From NCBI GenBank assembly GCA_024704765.1, contig JAKMXF010000346.1, forward strand, positions 68,015 to 132,014: a stretch of DNA of 64,000 nucleotides, written 5' to 3'. Below, piece after piece: positions 12,805-25,896 of the stretch. The position numbers and the translations under genes were made by a program. The notes beneath the pieces are model-generated. The model searched no databases. It saw only the letters and a list, made by a program, of their open reading frames with translations, and was not told the origin of the DNA. Numbering within the stretch: position 1 is the stretch's first letter; every line of letters begins with the position of its first letter. Source of the DNA: Oopsacas minuta. Lineage: Eukaryota > Animalia > Porifera.

Positions 12805-15498
12805 CAGGGGCGTAGACACGAGTTAATAAGTGGGGGGGCTTAAAGTTGTGTGGGGCACAAAGCTCGCCTAAAGATTGTCTTAATTATCTCCATATCTAAG
12901 TTTCTATCTCTAGCATGTCTCTATTATCTTGGCTAACAAGTACAAAAGAAACAGTTGGTAACGTAGGCGAAACATTACCCACGAGTGGCAGTGAGCACGA
13001 GGATGAACTGCCTACCGACTTGAATCACACTGAGAAACCTGTACAGTCATCCAGCCAACTTATGGAAACAGAGCTGGCCTGCTTGGTTCCAGAGAGTCCC
13101 TACCAACCATTCCTGTTATTTCCTCAGCGTTCATTTGGCAACCAACAGCGAGCATTCTGTTTATCTTGGTACAGCAAATATCCATGGCTACATTACCAAG
13201 AAGTATGTGACAGCGTCCTTTGCTTCTACTGTTTGGTGGCTTATAAGCGTGGGCTAGGTTCTATTGCTAGCAACAAGTCATCGGATGATAAATTCACAAA
13301 GATTGGCTTTTCAAACTGGAAGAAGGCACTTACAAAGTTTGATAAACATCAGAATTCACTCTCTCATCGTGATGCTATAGACCAGGTTATGTGTAGAAAT
13401 AAGGATGTTGGTGAAATTTTGAGGAAAGGGTATGCAGAAGAAAAAGCTGAAAACAGAAGGATGCTACAAATAATTATCACTAGTATACGCTATCTTGGCA
13501 GACAAGGTCTTGCTTTGTGTGGACATTATAAAACTGGAGATGACATTGTTGAGAGAGGTGAGACGGATTCAAACTTTATACAGCTCCTCAAGACACGTGC
13601 TGAAGATAATCCAGGCCTCTTCAACTGGATGAAAAAATCTCAATCCAAATTCACTAGCCCAGACATACAGAATGAGATTCTCAGTATCATGGCATTGATG
13701 ATTCTGAGGAAGATTGCAAGTGAACTGTCAGGAAAGATTTATACAATCATGGTAGATGAAACTACCGATCTGTCTAACACAGAACAGATGGTCTTGTGCC
13801 TACGGTATGTAGATGATGATCTGGAAGTGCATGAAGAGGTGATAGGGCTACACAGCTTAGAGTCCACTTCTGCAGACATGATAGTCTCAACAATTCAGGA
13901 TATACTGCTGCGCTTAAATATAAGAATTGATCACTGCCGTGGCCAATGCTACGATGGGGCCTACAATATGTCAGGAGTAAGGTCAGGTGTCGCAACGCAA
14001 CTTATTCGTCTGGAATCCCGTGCATTATATACCCACTGTTATGGGCACGCACTAAATCTAGCAACTCAGGACGCACTGAAGGGTGTGAAAATTATGAAAG
14101 ATGCCCTGGATACGGTGTTTGAAATCACCAAGCTTATAAAGAAATCACCTAAACGCGATATTATCTTCCAAAGGTTTAAAGATGATGTCACCATTGCTTC
14201 TCCAGGACTTCGTGTTCTGTGCCCAACACGCTGGACTGTCAGGGCTGAAGCACTAGCATCAATAGCTGAGAATTATCATGCACTGCAGTTAACATGGGAT
14301 GTTGCAAAGGACGCCACGAGAGACACAGAAATGAGAGCACGGATAGGAGGAGTTGCCGCTCAAATGGAGAAGTTTGACTTTTTTTATGGGATTTCACTTG
14401 GTAGAAAGCTTCTCAACATAGTAGACAACCTATCTCGCTCTATGCAAGCAAAAAATATTTCAGCATGTGATGGACAAAGACTTGTTGATATGACGCATAA
14501 AACACTCCAGTCTATGAGAACTGATGAGTGTTTTGGATTATTCTGGGGGTACCTTGAATGCAGAAGATCCTCAGTTGATGTGTCATCACCCACGCTTCCA
14601 CGACGTAAAAAGGTTCCACGACGTTTTGAAAAAGGGGATTGTGCTCCAGAATATCCAACAACGGTGCAAGATAACTATCGAAGGATCTACCTTGAGGCAA
14701 TTGAACTCATAGTGACGACCATCACAAACAGATTTCAGCAAAAGGGATTCAAAATGATGCAGAAATTGGAGACAGTTCTAACTTCCGTCCAACAACCCCA
14801 GCTATCCGAAGGAATAAAAGATGTTGTTGAATTTTATTGTCCTGACTTTAACCATCCAGACTGTCTCCTTACACAATTGAACATCCTTCATACCAGTACT
14901 GATAACCCAATGACTGATTTAGAGTCCATAGTTACACACCTTAAATCTTTAGGAATAGCAGAGAGGGTATTCTTTTCTGAAGTGATAAAGGCAGTCAAGA
15001 TCATTCTTGTAATGCCAGCAACTAACGCTGTAAGCGAGAGAAGTTTCAGTGCACTCCGCAGGCTGAAGACGTGGCTACGTACTACTACAACGCAATCAAG
15101 GCTGAACTGGTGTATGCTGCTACATGTTCACAAGGAGAAGACAGATGCCTTACAAATGATAAGCATGGGTAATGAATTCATATCACGTAATGATAGTCGA
15201 GTGCAACTATTTGGTAAATTCTAGTTCACTAAAGTATTTTGTGTAGAAGTATATCTGGTAATATCTTAGTAATTATCTAATATGAGTTAACGAATCCTTA
15301 GATTTGAGGTGGGAGGGTTGGCATTACACAGGCATATGTGAAAACAAAATAATGTTCATTAGGTAGGCCTGCGGCATTTTCAAGAGGGGGGAGGGCAAAT
15401 AGTCCCCCATAGGGGGTGGATAGATAAAATCTTATGTATGAGCTACAAAAACTGGGGGGGCTAAAGCCCCCCCAGCCCCCCCGGTGTCTACGCCCTTG
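12805..15498 (+). mobile_element. hAT transposon (ZMYM1-like/TTF-zinc-finger type), apparently complete
   Basis: TIRs CAGGGGCGTAGACAC (12805) and CAAGGGCGTAGACAC (reverse complement ending 15498). Left flank TTCTAGAA; right junction imperfect (ttgtagaa overlaps the last TIR bases). Confidence 0.9.
12915..15224 (+). CDS. hAT transposase, 769 aa, uninterrupted
   Basis: TTF-type zinc finger (WYSKYPWL..LCFYC), DUF4371-like region, IMVDETTD, CYDGA.NMSG, CYGHALNL, CPTRW, and C-terminal dimerisation SERSFSALRRLKTWLR. Confidence 0.93.
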   Translation: MSLLSWLTSTKETVGNVGETLPTSGSEHEDELPTDLNHTEKPVQSSSQLMETELACLVPESPYQPFLLFPQRSFGNQQRAFCLSWYSKYPWLHYQEVCDSVLCFYCLVAYKRGLGSIASNKSSDDKFTKIGFSNWKKALTKFDKHQNSLSHRDAIDQVMCRNKDVGEILRKGYAEEKAENRRMLQIIITSIRYLGRQGLALCGHYKTGDDIVERGETDSNFIQLLKTRAEDNPGLFNWMKKSQSKFTSPDIQNEILSIMALMILRKIASELSGKIYTIMVDETTDLSNTEQMVLCLRYVDDDLEVHEEVIGLHSLESTSADMIVSTIQDILLRLNIRIDHCRGQCYDGAYNMSGVRSGVATQLIRLESRALYTHCYGHALNLATQDALKGVKIMKDALDTVFEITKLIKKSPKRDIIFQRFKDDVTIASPGLRVLCPTRWTVRAEALASIAENYHALQLTWDVAKDATRDTEMRARIGGVAAQMEKFDFFYGISLGRKLLNIVDNLSRSMQAKNISACDGQRLVDMTHKTLQSMRTDECFGLFWGYLECRRSSVDVSSPTLPRRKKVPRRFEKGDCAPEYPTTVQDNYRRIYLEAIELIVTTITNRFQQKGFKMMQKLETVLTSVQQPQLSEGIKDVVEFYCPDFNHPDCLLTQLNILHTSTDNPMTDLESIVTHLKSLGIAERVFFSEVIKAVKIILVMPATNAVSERSFSALRRLKTWLRTTTTQSRLNWCMLLHVHKEKTDALQMISMGNEFISRNDSRVQLFGKF

Positions 15499-15631
15499 TA
15501 GAATCCTTAACTTAGTTACTCAAAATGGATATTTCAAAGTCAAATTTATATTCTTCTTTTATTCGTATCAAAGTACATTCTAATTCAAGGTTTATGTCAA
15601 CAGATGTTTGCTACGATGCTATAGCAACATA

Positions 15632-16930
15632 CAGGGTGTTCAATAAGTTCGTGGAAATTAGTATATAGACGTTTTGTATAGCAATGGCTAGAGTTTAATT
15701 TTCAACACAATCCCCTTGTAATAGAATACATTTAAGTCACTTATCTTTCAGCTTTTCTATAACATGATGAAAAAACATTTTGTCTTTGGTGTCTAACCAG
15801 TCTTCAAAACCCGATTCTAATGCATCGTCATCGTCAAAAATCTTTCCGCGGAGTGCTTGCTTGGCAATTGGAAATAGATAATAATCGCTGAGAACTAAAT
15901 CAGGACTGTATGGTGGGTGTTGAACCTGTTTAAAGACACAATCTTTTATTGCCTCCTGTGCAATATTACTTTTATGGGATGGGGCATTATCATGTAAAAC
16001 GAATGGGATTCTTTTTAGCATCCCTCGCCTATGTCTCTAAAGATTCGCGTAACCTCGTCATTAGATTGACATATTATGCTCCAGTTACTATCGTATTTTT
16101 GGGAAGATAAACTAATAGTAATGGTCCCTTAGAATCTCAGAATATTGATACCATCAGCTTTGACTTAGACTTTGGACAGTGACCAAGTCGGAGGTACTTT
16201 GGGCTTTGGAGAATCTTCGTGCCTCCATTCCGTAGCCCCGCTAACAGTGCAAGGGTCATGGTAGTATATCCAGGTTTCATCTTCTGTAATCAGTCTCGCA
16301 TGAAATCGTCTGGGTCAGACATATACAAATCAACCATGCTTTTGCTAGTTTCCAGTCTAGCCATCAGTGGTTTGATCTTCAGATAAGGCTTTTGGTATTC
16401 ACTTTGCTTTGTATTTCTTGAGCCCAAGATGGTCATGAATGATCGAATGAGTAGTTCCAATTGATAAATCTACCCTATTAGCTATATTTCTGATCGATAT
16501 ACAGTGATCGTTCTCTATCATACCACCAATAGATTGGATTGTTTCTGGATGGAGAGAAAATGTGCGTCTTCCTGAGCGAGGGTCATCTGTAATGCTTTCT
16601 CTTCCACGTTTGAATTCTGCATGCCATTTTGCAACCATAGATTGACAAGGGGCATTGTCTTTGAGGATATCTTTCATCTCTTTGAACGTTTCAGTAGCGC
16701 TTAGTCCTTTTATACAGAGAAATTTAATGACTGCTCGATGCTCTAAGTTCTCAAAATTCATTATTTTTCAAACAACTGGCGAAGAGATCTGATTATTGCT
16801 CTGAATATAGCTGCTTGTATCACAAAGTTTAAGTAAATCAATAAAAATATGATTGATAAATGGAGCTAAATCTGACATTTAGTACTCCTTACTCTAAATA
16901 TAATTTTCCACGAACTTATTGAACACCTCG
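15632..16930 (-). mobile_element. Degraded mariner element
   Basis: TIRs CAGGGTGTTCAATAAGTTCGTGGAAA and CGAGGTGTTCAATAAGTTCGTGGAAA, TA flanks. Fragments 16399-16761 (HRAVIKFL..DDPRSG) and 15737-16021 (LHDNAPSH..HPPYSPDL..SDYYLF). Confidence 0.9.
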
Positions 16931-17107
16931 TATATTGCACAAAATGCATCAATATATGTATCAAATCATATTGGAATAAATGTTATTGAATATATTTTAA
17001 GGATGGAATATTGGCACATTCCTGGTACCTTCCAGCGTTACGATGGAAATTATCTCCGAATATTGTCATGTGACTACTTACATGACTCGGAAAGTTACAC
17101 TGGTTAC

Positions 17108-20100
17108 CAAGGGCGTAAATCCATGTTACAAAGTGGGGGGGACATTTTCACAAAGAATTTTACAAACTCCGAGCGTAGTGAGCAACGGTAATAGGTCTTG
17201 GAGAGCACGCACATTCTTTCATTTTTTAATTCTTAAACGGACTAATATTGATCAACGGATATTCTTAGCACCCAATGGGGTCCGAATTTTTATTTGGTTT
17301 ATACTAACAATACTTTCATAAATGAGAATAAAACTACATATATACTATAATAATATTACCATATTTAGTGAAAAGTTCCAAAAATCTTCCTACGATTATC
17401 TGATTGCTCGATAAATATTCTTGCCAGTTGACGCACATCAACTTTATCAAGTTTTTCACGGTGTACGTGGCAAACTGAAACACAATTCAATCTAGGCTGG
17501 GTCATTGTAGCTCTGAGCCAAATTTTTAGACGTCTTAAAGCGGAAAAACTGCGCTCGCACTCGCACGAAGAAACAGGACACACAAGTAACAACTTCAGTA
17601 GAACAACTACCTGTGGAAACAAGGAGCGTACTTCAGGTGTCATACTCCGATAAGACAGTTTTGCATCATTTAACGTATCTGGCTTGTAGTTATGCCTCTT
17701 TTCATAAATATTCGGACCTTGATACTTGGAATTCCATGTGCTTCTGTCCTCTGCCAAAGAAGCCTAGGTTAAGTGCCTCTTCTTCATTAACCATTAACTT
17801 TGAAGAAGACTTTAATCTTTCAAAAAAGAAATCGCTCGCTGACTTAACGACCAAAGGTTTGAGAAATCGGCTCTCTTCTCTTAAGTCTCACCTCGAATCA
17901 GTCGCTGAAAACGAGCATGTATCTCCAAAGACTCTTGCAACTTATCTCTTACTACTTTGTTGCAATGAAGAGCAGGACATGAATAGTGCCAATGTTTGTA
18001 AAGAGATACTCGAGAAGGGAAACTCATCTCCTATCTATCCACAATTATCACTTGATAAATTTGTCTTTCTTTTAGATTCGCTTGAGGTCGGTAAAACAAA
18101 GTATTTAGAACTTCGGCGTACGTTACTATCTGAAGATCTCAAGTTACCAGGCTACAATAGTGTAGCTAAACATCGGGCTCAAATTAATTTGCTGGATGAG
18201 GTGCGTATAATTCATAGAGAATTTCCATGTGGAGTAGGTATTTCTTACACCAGACTACTCACCCATACAGTTGAACGAATTGTATCTAACTTAAGTCCTG
18301 ATACCCTTGTCTATTCGCTGAAAGTTCGAGTATCCGATGGCTTAGATGGATCTAGGTGTCATCGAGTTTACCAGCAAGCTATATCTAACCCTGACCTCTC
18401 GACTAAAACCTTCATTTTATTTGGTTTCAAGGTTAACTCAATCATAAATGCAAATGATCATATCCTATGGAAACCTCATCATCCGAATTCGCCATTTTGC
18501 ACTCGACCAGTTGCCCTCTTAGCCCTTCCAGAAAATGAAGAGAGTGTCAAGTTTTTGATGGACTCATTAATAAATAACGAAACTTCAACTATCGAAGAGA
18601 GTGGTTTGTGTTTACACAACGGAAATGCAGAGGTCAAGATCATTAGATCTCATTTCGATACAAAGATGGCAAAAATGTTAAGCGGTGCTGGTGCTGCTAA
18701 TTGTCAAATGTGTACTGCTACGTTCCAACAGATACATGATATTAGCATAGTTCAAAATGGCTTTCCCATAAATAGAATTATCCGTGATGCACGTGATGTA
18801 TTTGATGTAGTTGATGAGGAAGAATTTTTATCTTTGCCAACAAATCAAAGATTCAATTTAACACACAAACCGATCTCAGAAAAAGACATCATATCAGCTT
18901 CTCCTCTACATGCATATTTGAGAACATTTAGTTGGTTCCTATTATTGATTTGCCATTTACAGTGTGGTGCTATTCAAAAATGGTCACCAACTTCGCCAAT
19001 AATTCTTGGGGCCAAGAAATTTATTACTAGCCTTATTGAAGAGAAACTTAGTATATCCATTGACACACCATCAGTCCAAGGAGGAACCACCACAATCGGA
19101 AATGTTGTTCGGAGATGCTTCACACGTAGCGATGATACTGTGCAAGATTTTCTCTATTGGATATTGACGGTTGTTCCTCAAGAGACACATCAGGTTGTCA
19201 CTACAATCTTTAATAATTTGAGTGCTATCCTGAGATTGTATGATAGCAACAGGAAAGTGGATGCTGAAGGCCTTGATAATGTATGCCGAGAGACTTACGA
19301 ATCCATTTTAACCAATTTTTCATGGGCACATGTAACCCCTACTTTACATAAACTTCTAGCCCATGCACCACAAATAATTGCAGATGATAACGATGGGTTT
19401 GGCTTAGAAGATTTGTCTGAGGAAGGCCTTGAATCTTGTAATAAATTGGTCAGGCGATACCGTGAGAGATTCTCAAGAAAATTTAGCTTTGAGGACAACG
19501 TTAAAGATGTGTTCATCAGGCTTATCTCTCAAAGTGATCCAATATTAGCATCATTTCGTAATATTACCGAAAACGATTCGAGCCAGATCTATCTGAGTTA
19601 AAGAGCTGTCAAGATATTTTGGTGAATTCTCTAATTATAAATAGGTTATAGTTTGTAGTTCAATGTGCATTAAATAGTGTTAATAATATCAAAACACAAA
19701 ACATTCAATTTCTGAACCTATAGCTCACAAATTGGCTTAATTAAAATCGATAAAAAAGTCAAAATATTTTTGAATGTGACAATGACGTCATTACTTTCAC
19801 ACCCTAAAGACTTAGAAAAAATCTAGTTACGTCAATCGATTCCTTGGGTACGATTCCCCATATGTCAATAATATAGTTTCATACGTTATCTAGTACCCTA
19901 ATACCTACTTCCAGGTTTTAGCCATTTCGTGCCACTGTGGCAACGTCTTCTTGGAATCTCTAGTGGATCCAGTTGGTATGTTTCACCTTTCTCCTCTGCA
20001 GCAATAAATATTTCGTGGAACACTTCATCTGAATACCATGCTCGGATAGACTCAGTTGATATTTTTACAGTTCCAGCATTCCGGCAAAGCGGTTTGATCG

Positions 20101-21903
20101 CAGAAGGATGTAGACTTTCGGATTCATTTGATACGCAAATTGCTCTGAACATAGCCCTGTACTTACCAGATCTATTCATGAGGACGCCTAGTTTATTTGT
20201 CCACTGTAAGGCGTTTCGAACCAATTGACTGGATATTACGGCATTTTGCATCACGAGGTTTGAAATATGCGATGCACAGTGAAAATAGAGCGCTAAAGGC
20301 TGACATTGTCTTACTCTTGCCTGGCAACCAGTGTAATGTCCACTCATGTTTGCAGCTCCATCGTACGTTTGGGCGCGTAGATTGCTTAATGGTAATGTAA
20401 ACCGAGTTAAGACATCAAATACCATTCCTGCAATAGATTCACTGGTAGTAATAGGAATTTCATATATACCGACAAAATCTTCGCGTACATGTAGATCGGA
20501 GTTAACGTGCCTCAGACATATGGACTCTTGCTCTCGACCACTAACATCTTGTGTCCCATCAACAATAATGGCGAAACATCCATGCTTTTGAATGTCACTC
20601 ACCACCTCTCTTACAATGCAGTGACTGAAAATTTCCATCATTTCTTCTTGTCCACGAGGAGAAATAAAATTAGTTGTTCGTTTCAGATACATCCCTAGAT
20701 CGGGATCATCTTCTGACCTAAGTTTCAAAAGCTGAAAATAATTTCCAGAAGTCTCATCATGGCCACGAATTGCAGAGCCTTGTCTTAGTAAATATCTTAT
20801 CGTAGTAAATAATTTCAAAAGTGAATTTCTTGAAATTTCTTGTTCTTTTAGTTTCAGTGTGTTCATTTAGACATTTACAGCGGGCCTTTTGATTGCGGAA
20901 ATCTGATTTATTGCTAGTTGGTGTGTGCGTGACATTTGATGTGACCTAAACTTTTCATGGGTCTTCTTCCAGTTGTCAAACCCATTTAGAATGAATGCTG
21001 GATCTTTACATCTGGCTAAATCTATTAATCCTAAGGCACTAGCTTTTGAGCAGTAGAAACACAGAACTTTTTTCAGACCCGAACTGTAATGTAGCCACTG
21101 ATATTCTTGATACCAGTTTTTCTGGAAATGAAGTGATCGTGATGGTAGTAGTTGAACAGGGATGACCGATATGTCTGGCTGATTTGGCTTGCCCAAACTG
21201 GTTATGTTGTTTGCAATAGACATGCTCGAAACTGATATCGAACTACTTGAACCATGTAAATAACAAGATCCAGGTGTAGGCAAATCCAGAGGGTCAGGGT
21301 CGTCACTGTCCAAATGTTGGGGTGTGTCATCAACGCAAACTGCGATGGAAGAGTTCCTAGAACCAGATATCGACTGCTGACAACAGGAATCATTTGAGTT
21401 AAAATTAAGCTGAAGATCTTGTTCGTCATTTTCTGCTAAGCTAAGTATGACGGCACAGGGCACACAGCTTTGACTTGAACCTGCTATTTCAGTGGTGCTA
21501 GACTCTAACGTGGGATATACTACAGGCTGCTCGGGAATAAGAGAAAGACTAGAGATAGAACTGGGCTGACGATTATGTTCATCACTAACGTTGGTCTGCT
21601 CATCCTGCGGGATGTCTTTGAAAAATCTTTTAATTCCAGTCAGTTTTGCCCTCTTTGAAATAGCATCCTTTCGAGACATGGGTTTCAATCGGTTTCTTTA
21701 AGGAGATAATGAAGTTATTATCTGGAAGGATGGGACGCTAATAGTACATAAAGGGGTCAATAAATCAAAACGACTGGAAGAGAAAATTTGTCATTAAAAT
21801 ATTCAATTGGAATTATTACATATATCTGTATTATAAACAATTTCAAAGATGAAAAAGTGGGGGGGACGCGTCCCCCCCGTCCCCCCCTGGATTTACGCCC
21901 CTG
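17108..21903 (-). mobile_element. hAT element disrupted by a RAG1-like transposon insertion
   Basis: 15-bp TIRs CAAGGGCGTAAATCC and CAGGGGCGTAAATCC; exact 8-bp TSD CTGGTTAC (17100-17107, 21904-21911). Transposase pieces: 21688-20867, an in-frame stop, 20866-19940 (IIVDGTQD, TYDGAANMSG), and C-terminal CERSFSALRRLK at about 17365-17695. Confidence 0.93.
17700..19939 (+). mobile_element. Family-1 Transib/RAG1-like copy 2, 5'-truncated
   Basis: Near-identical to 5762-8052 (offset 11938 over most of the ORF). Right TIR GTGCCACTGTG ends at 19939, followed by GCAAC. Left TIR and the first ~52 codons are absent. A 1-bp deletion near 19578 shifts the last ~25 aa. Confidence 0.95.
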
Positions 21904-23943
21904 CTGGTTACCAAAGTAACTAGACTCGGTAACCCATAATTGGAATTGTCAAAGTAAAATCTATTTTTCGAATTAGCGAATTTAGAATTATCGAAAGTTG
22001 TATTCAACATATTTAGAACGCTATTAATCTATGTTAAATATGCTGAAATTCCAAATGATCTAAAAGAGTTTCTGTACAAAAAAATTTGCATGATAAAGTT
22101 TATCTCAGTTATCACACAAACCATGGATGTCATATGGAAATTCACGTAAAATTGAGTTTGAGCTGAAAAGGTAACATAAGAACTACAGTCAGTTAGAATT
22201 TGATCATATTTTGAATGTTGAAATTATATTTTATGAATTTTAGTTGGGTGAACCACAATATGAATACTAAAGGCCCGAAAATTAACATAATCTGGTGAGA
22301 CTTTGAGATAGTACAACACTAGTGTAAATTGATTTTGAAAAAGACAATTGTAGATTTGGGTATATCTACATATTTCTAGTCATTCTCAATATATAAATTG
22401 ACAAGATTTAAATATGAAAATTTCCCCTACTGGAAGCGAATAACCCACTGTGGGGCAGTATACCCGGTGCGACTTGTGTGACCAGGGTCGTACCAAGATT
22501 TCGATTTCTGTTATACCACCCTGTCCTCTTCAAAATTATCTTTATGGTAATTTGGTAAAATCAGTGCTAAATTCCGATAAATCATCCCAAATTCTTCAAA
22601 GGTGGGGTGTAACCCACCCGTCCCCAACTGGACTTACGCCCATGTCCAGCGACTTGATGTATAGAATGCTATAGTATCTATATAAATCACGAATTAATAG
22701 ATTCTATAATATTGTTACACTAAAGTTAAATATTTTCCGTACTAAATTGCAATTACCTCCTACTTTAGAAAATATTTGATCATTTGCGACCACAATTACG
22801 ACTAATGGTAAAATGATGATGTGAATTTGGTAATTTAAACTTATATTTGCCTTAGTATGTATATTAGAATTTATTTGCCTTTCTCTGCAATAAAAACATC
22901 AGAAAACAGCCAAAATATTTCCACCCTTTTCACAAATTGTAAAAGCTACACTAAAGAATATTTAAGTAACTTGAGGTTATGTATGAAAACTAAATCATTT
23001 TCTAAATAGTGCAAACAACACGAGTATCAAAGTAACATTAAAAATTAGTTTCCCACTGCACGCCATTGTTCAGTTAAAATGTGCGACAAATATAATCTGA
23101 TTGCATATTTGAGGCGGTAGGCAGATTCTATCTACATGCTCTGATTAATCTTATGCAGAATTAACTTTATCGGACATGAGCTAATAAGCTTGTAAGATAT
23201 TATGTGAAAACTTTGGAATTTTGTCACCTTTTCATTCGAAAACCAATTGAAGAAACAATTTAAGATTCACAAATATCTAAGGATTGGGTAGGGGCTTTCG
23301 ATTCATGAACTTTTATGCTAATTGGTTGATGTTGTAAAATGGTTGGATGATTTGACCTGGAATGCCTATTGAAAAATATATTTATCAATTGCACACTCAA
23401 CAAATTCTCGTATCAGTTTATATTGCATCCTCATTCCCGCAGGATCTCTATGGGAATTTCTATCCCATGGCAAACATTTTGATTGTCGTGTGGATGGAAT
23501 TTCGATTCCCATCCCAACCCACAGGAAATGTTATGGGAATTTCCATCCCATTTCCACGTTGAAATTCCTATTGTTCTCATGAGAATTCCCAATCCCACTG
23601 CAAACTAACAAGCTACAAGATTTATCCATGAACAAGTGTACAACCACTGTTGATAAAAACCTCCTTTCTAATCGTTATATTTTTAATCAAATATTTAAAG
23701 ACAACACAGTAATATTGTTTTGCACTGCCGATGTCCCAGATGTATTTAAAATCAAACAATATTCGAAGTTGAGATTACGTATACTGAATTGAATGTGAGA
23801 TCCAATATTTTGGCTTCGTCAAATTACAATACACTAGACTGAGACTCGGCTGAATAAAGTCACCATGTCTTTTGATTCCATTATCTAACATAAAGGTTGG
23901 CAATTAAGCAGATCAATTAAAAACATTTAAACATGGACAATAA

Positions 23944-25800
23944 CACTGGTCAACTACGAAATTTCTTCTTGAATGGTTTTGATATTTTCTAGAACAAAAA
24001 ACTGCGATAATTCTAAATTTGCCATCAGTTTTTAACCTCTGCGTCAGGATTTTTCGTTCTCAATAATTTTGATTCATTGCATTTCCATAGAAATTTGGTG
24101 CTAAATTAACCATAATTGAGTCTTCTTTCACAAGACTTTTATAATACCTTAACTAATATACTATATGCAATACAACCTCATAGGTCGGCACTAACCCTAA
24201 TTAACTTAGTATATTTATCTACATTCATGTGCATTTAGATATTTTTGTTTCCTATTCTTTCTACAATCAATGCATCGCGAATGTGAAAATGATCCTGACT
24301 GTTTTTGTTATATTTGTGGTATCTACATGTTGGAAAATATGTTCAAGAAAATGACCCCCGTTAATTATGGAACAATACTATCTGTATTTCGGTTGTAAAG
24401 TCGGAGACCAAGACAAACCATGGGCCCCTCACTACGCTTGTCACACATGTTGTAATAACTTAGTCAAATGGTCAAAGGGAAATTCAAATGCTATGTCATT
24501 GATGTCCCAATGATCTGGAGGGAACAAAGAAACCATTCAGATGACTGTTACTTTTGTTCTGTAAAAGTTCAAGGGCATTCTAAAATGACTAAATCTAGGA
24601 TAACATACCCAAATTTGCCTTCAGCTTTGCGCCCTGTAGCACATGGCTTGAGAATTCCTGTGCCTAAAGCTCTTGTCGCATCTAAAGTCCAGGAATGTGT
24701 TGATAGTGAACCTGAAGATCAGTTTGATACATCTTTTGAGGTGCAAAGTGATGCTCCAAAGCTATTTTCACAAAAGGACTTGAATGATTTAGTCAGGGAT
24801 CTTGACCTGTCGAAGGAATCAGCTATGCTTTTAGGTTCGAGACTTAAAGAAGAAACTTTCTAGAAGCAAGAACTACGTTTTACTGGTATAGGAATATAGA
24901 GCAGGAATTAGAGCCTTTCTTTTCAATGGACAATGAATTGGTTAATTGCAATAATATTAAAGGGTTGATTTTATCCATGGAATGAACTATGATCCCAATG
25001 ATTGGAGACTTTTCATTGGTTCTTCTAAGAGAAGCCTCAAAGCGGTCCTCCTTTACAACGGAAATACTGTGTCGTCAATCCCAATCGCGCATTCAGTTAC
25101 CCTTCGAGAATTTATGAAATCATGAAGTTACTCATTGATATACTCAAGTATGAAGAGCATAAGTGGCAAATTTGTGGTGATCTAAAAGTTATTATTCTCC
25201 TACTTGGTCAGCAAGGTGGTTATACAAAGAATCCTTGCTTTCTTTGCTTATGGAATAGCCGAGCGGACTCTCAACATTCTCCAAGGCAAGAATGGCCAAC
25301 TAGAACCGAATATATCCCAGGAAGGGAAAATGTGAGATCTATTCCTCTTGTCGATCCCCAGATGGTCATATTACCCCCGCGCCATATCAAACTTGGTCTA
25401 ATGAAGAATTTAGTAAAAGCCCTAAATAGGGAAGGTGATGCATTTAGGTATCTTTCTATGAAATTTCCAGCTATAAGTGGGGCCAAGTTAAAAGCAGGTA
25501 TTTTTGTGTACCACAAATACGCCAATTATTCCGGGATCCTCAGTTTGAGGCAGTGCAGAATACCGTAGAAAGAAATGCCTGGACATCTTTCAAGAATGTC
25601 GTAGAAAACCTTTTGGGAAATAAGAAAGCGGAAAACTATCAAGAACTTGTTCAAACAATGCTTGCTAACTATGAATCTCTTGGCTGTAGAACAGCTCACA
25701 ATCGAATTTCAAGAATACGGCGTTTCATTCCATATGTTCCATGTTAAAGCTGTTAGGGATTAATAATTTATCGCTTACAATTTCCAAATCAAAAAATAAT
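23944..25800 (+). mobile_element. Chapaev3-like (CMC) element A, decayed; right end not found
   Basis: TAA|CACTGGTCAAC left end. Frameshifted transposase ~24270-25700: NDPDCFCYICG, GDQDKPWAPH, PMIWREQ.NHSDDCYFC, WQICGDLKV, CFLCLW, LPPRHIKLGL. Confidence 0.75.
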
Positions 25801-25896
25801 AGTGTTGTAGTTTAAAACTTCTGATCACAATCATAAATTCAATCATTGTTATTTTATACTTCATACCAGATTGATATATCAAAGGCATGATATACG

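Noticed and set aside
17613-17699. Novel N-terminus of the 662-aa ORF (METRSVL...)
   Set aside because: It starts at GTG and is antisense hAT sequence fused in frame by the deletion; it is not a real extension.
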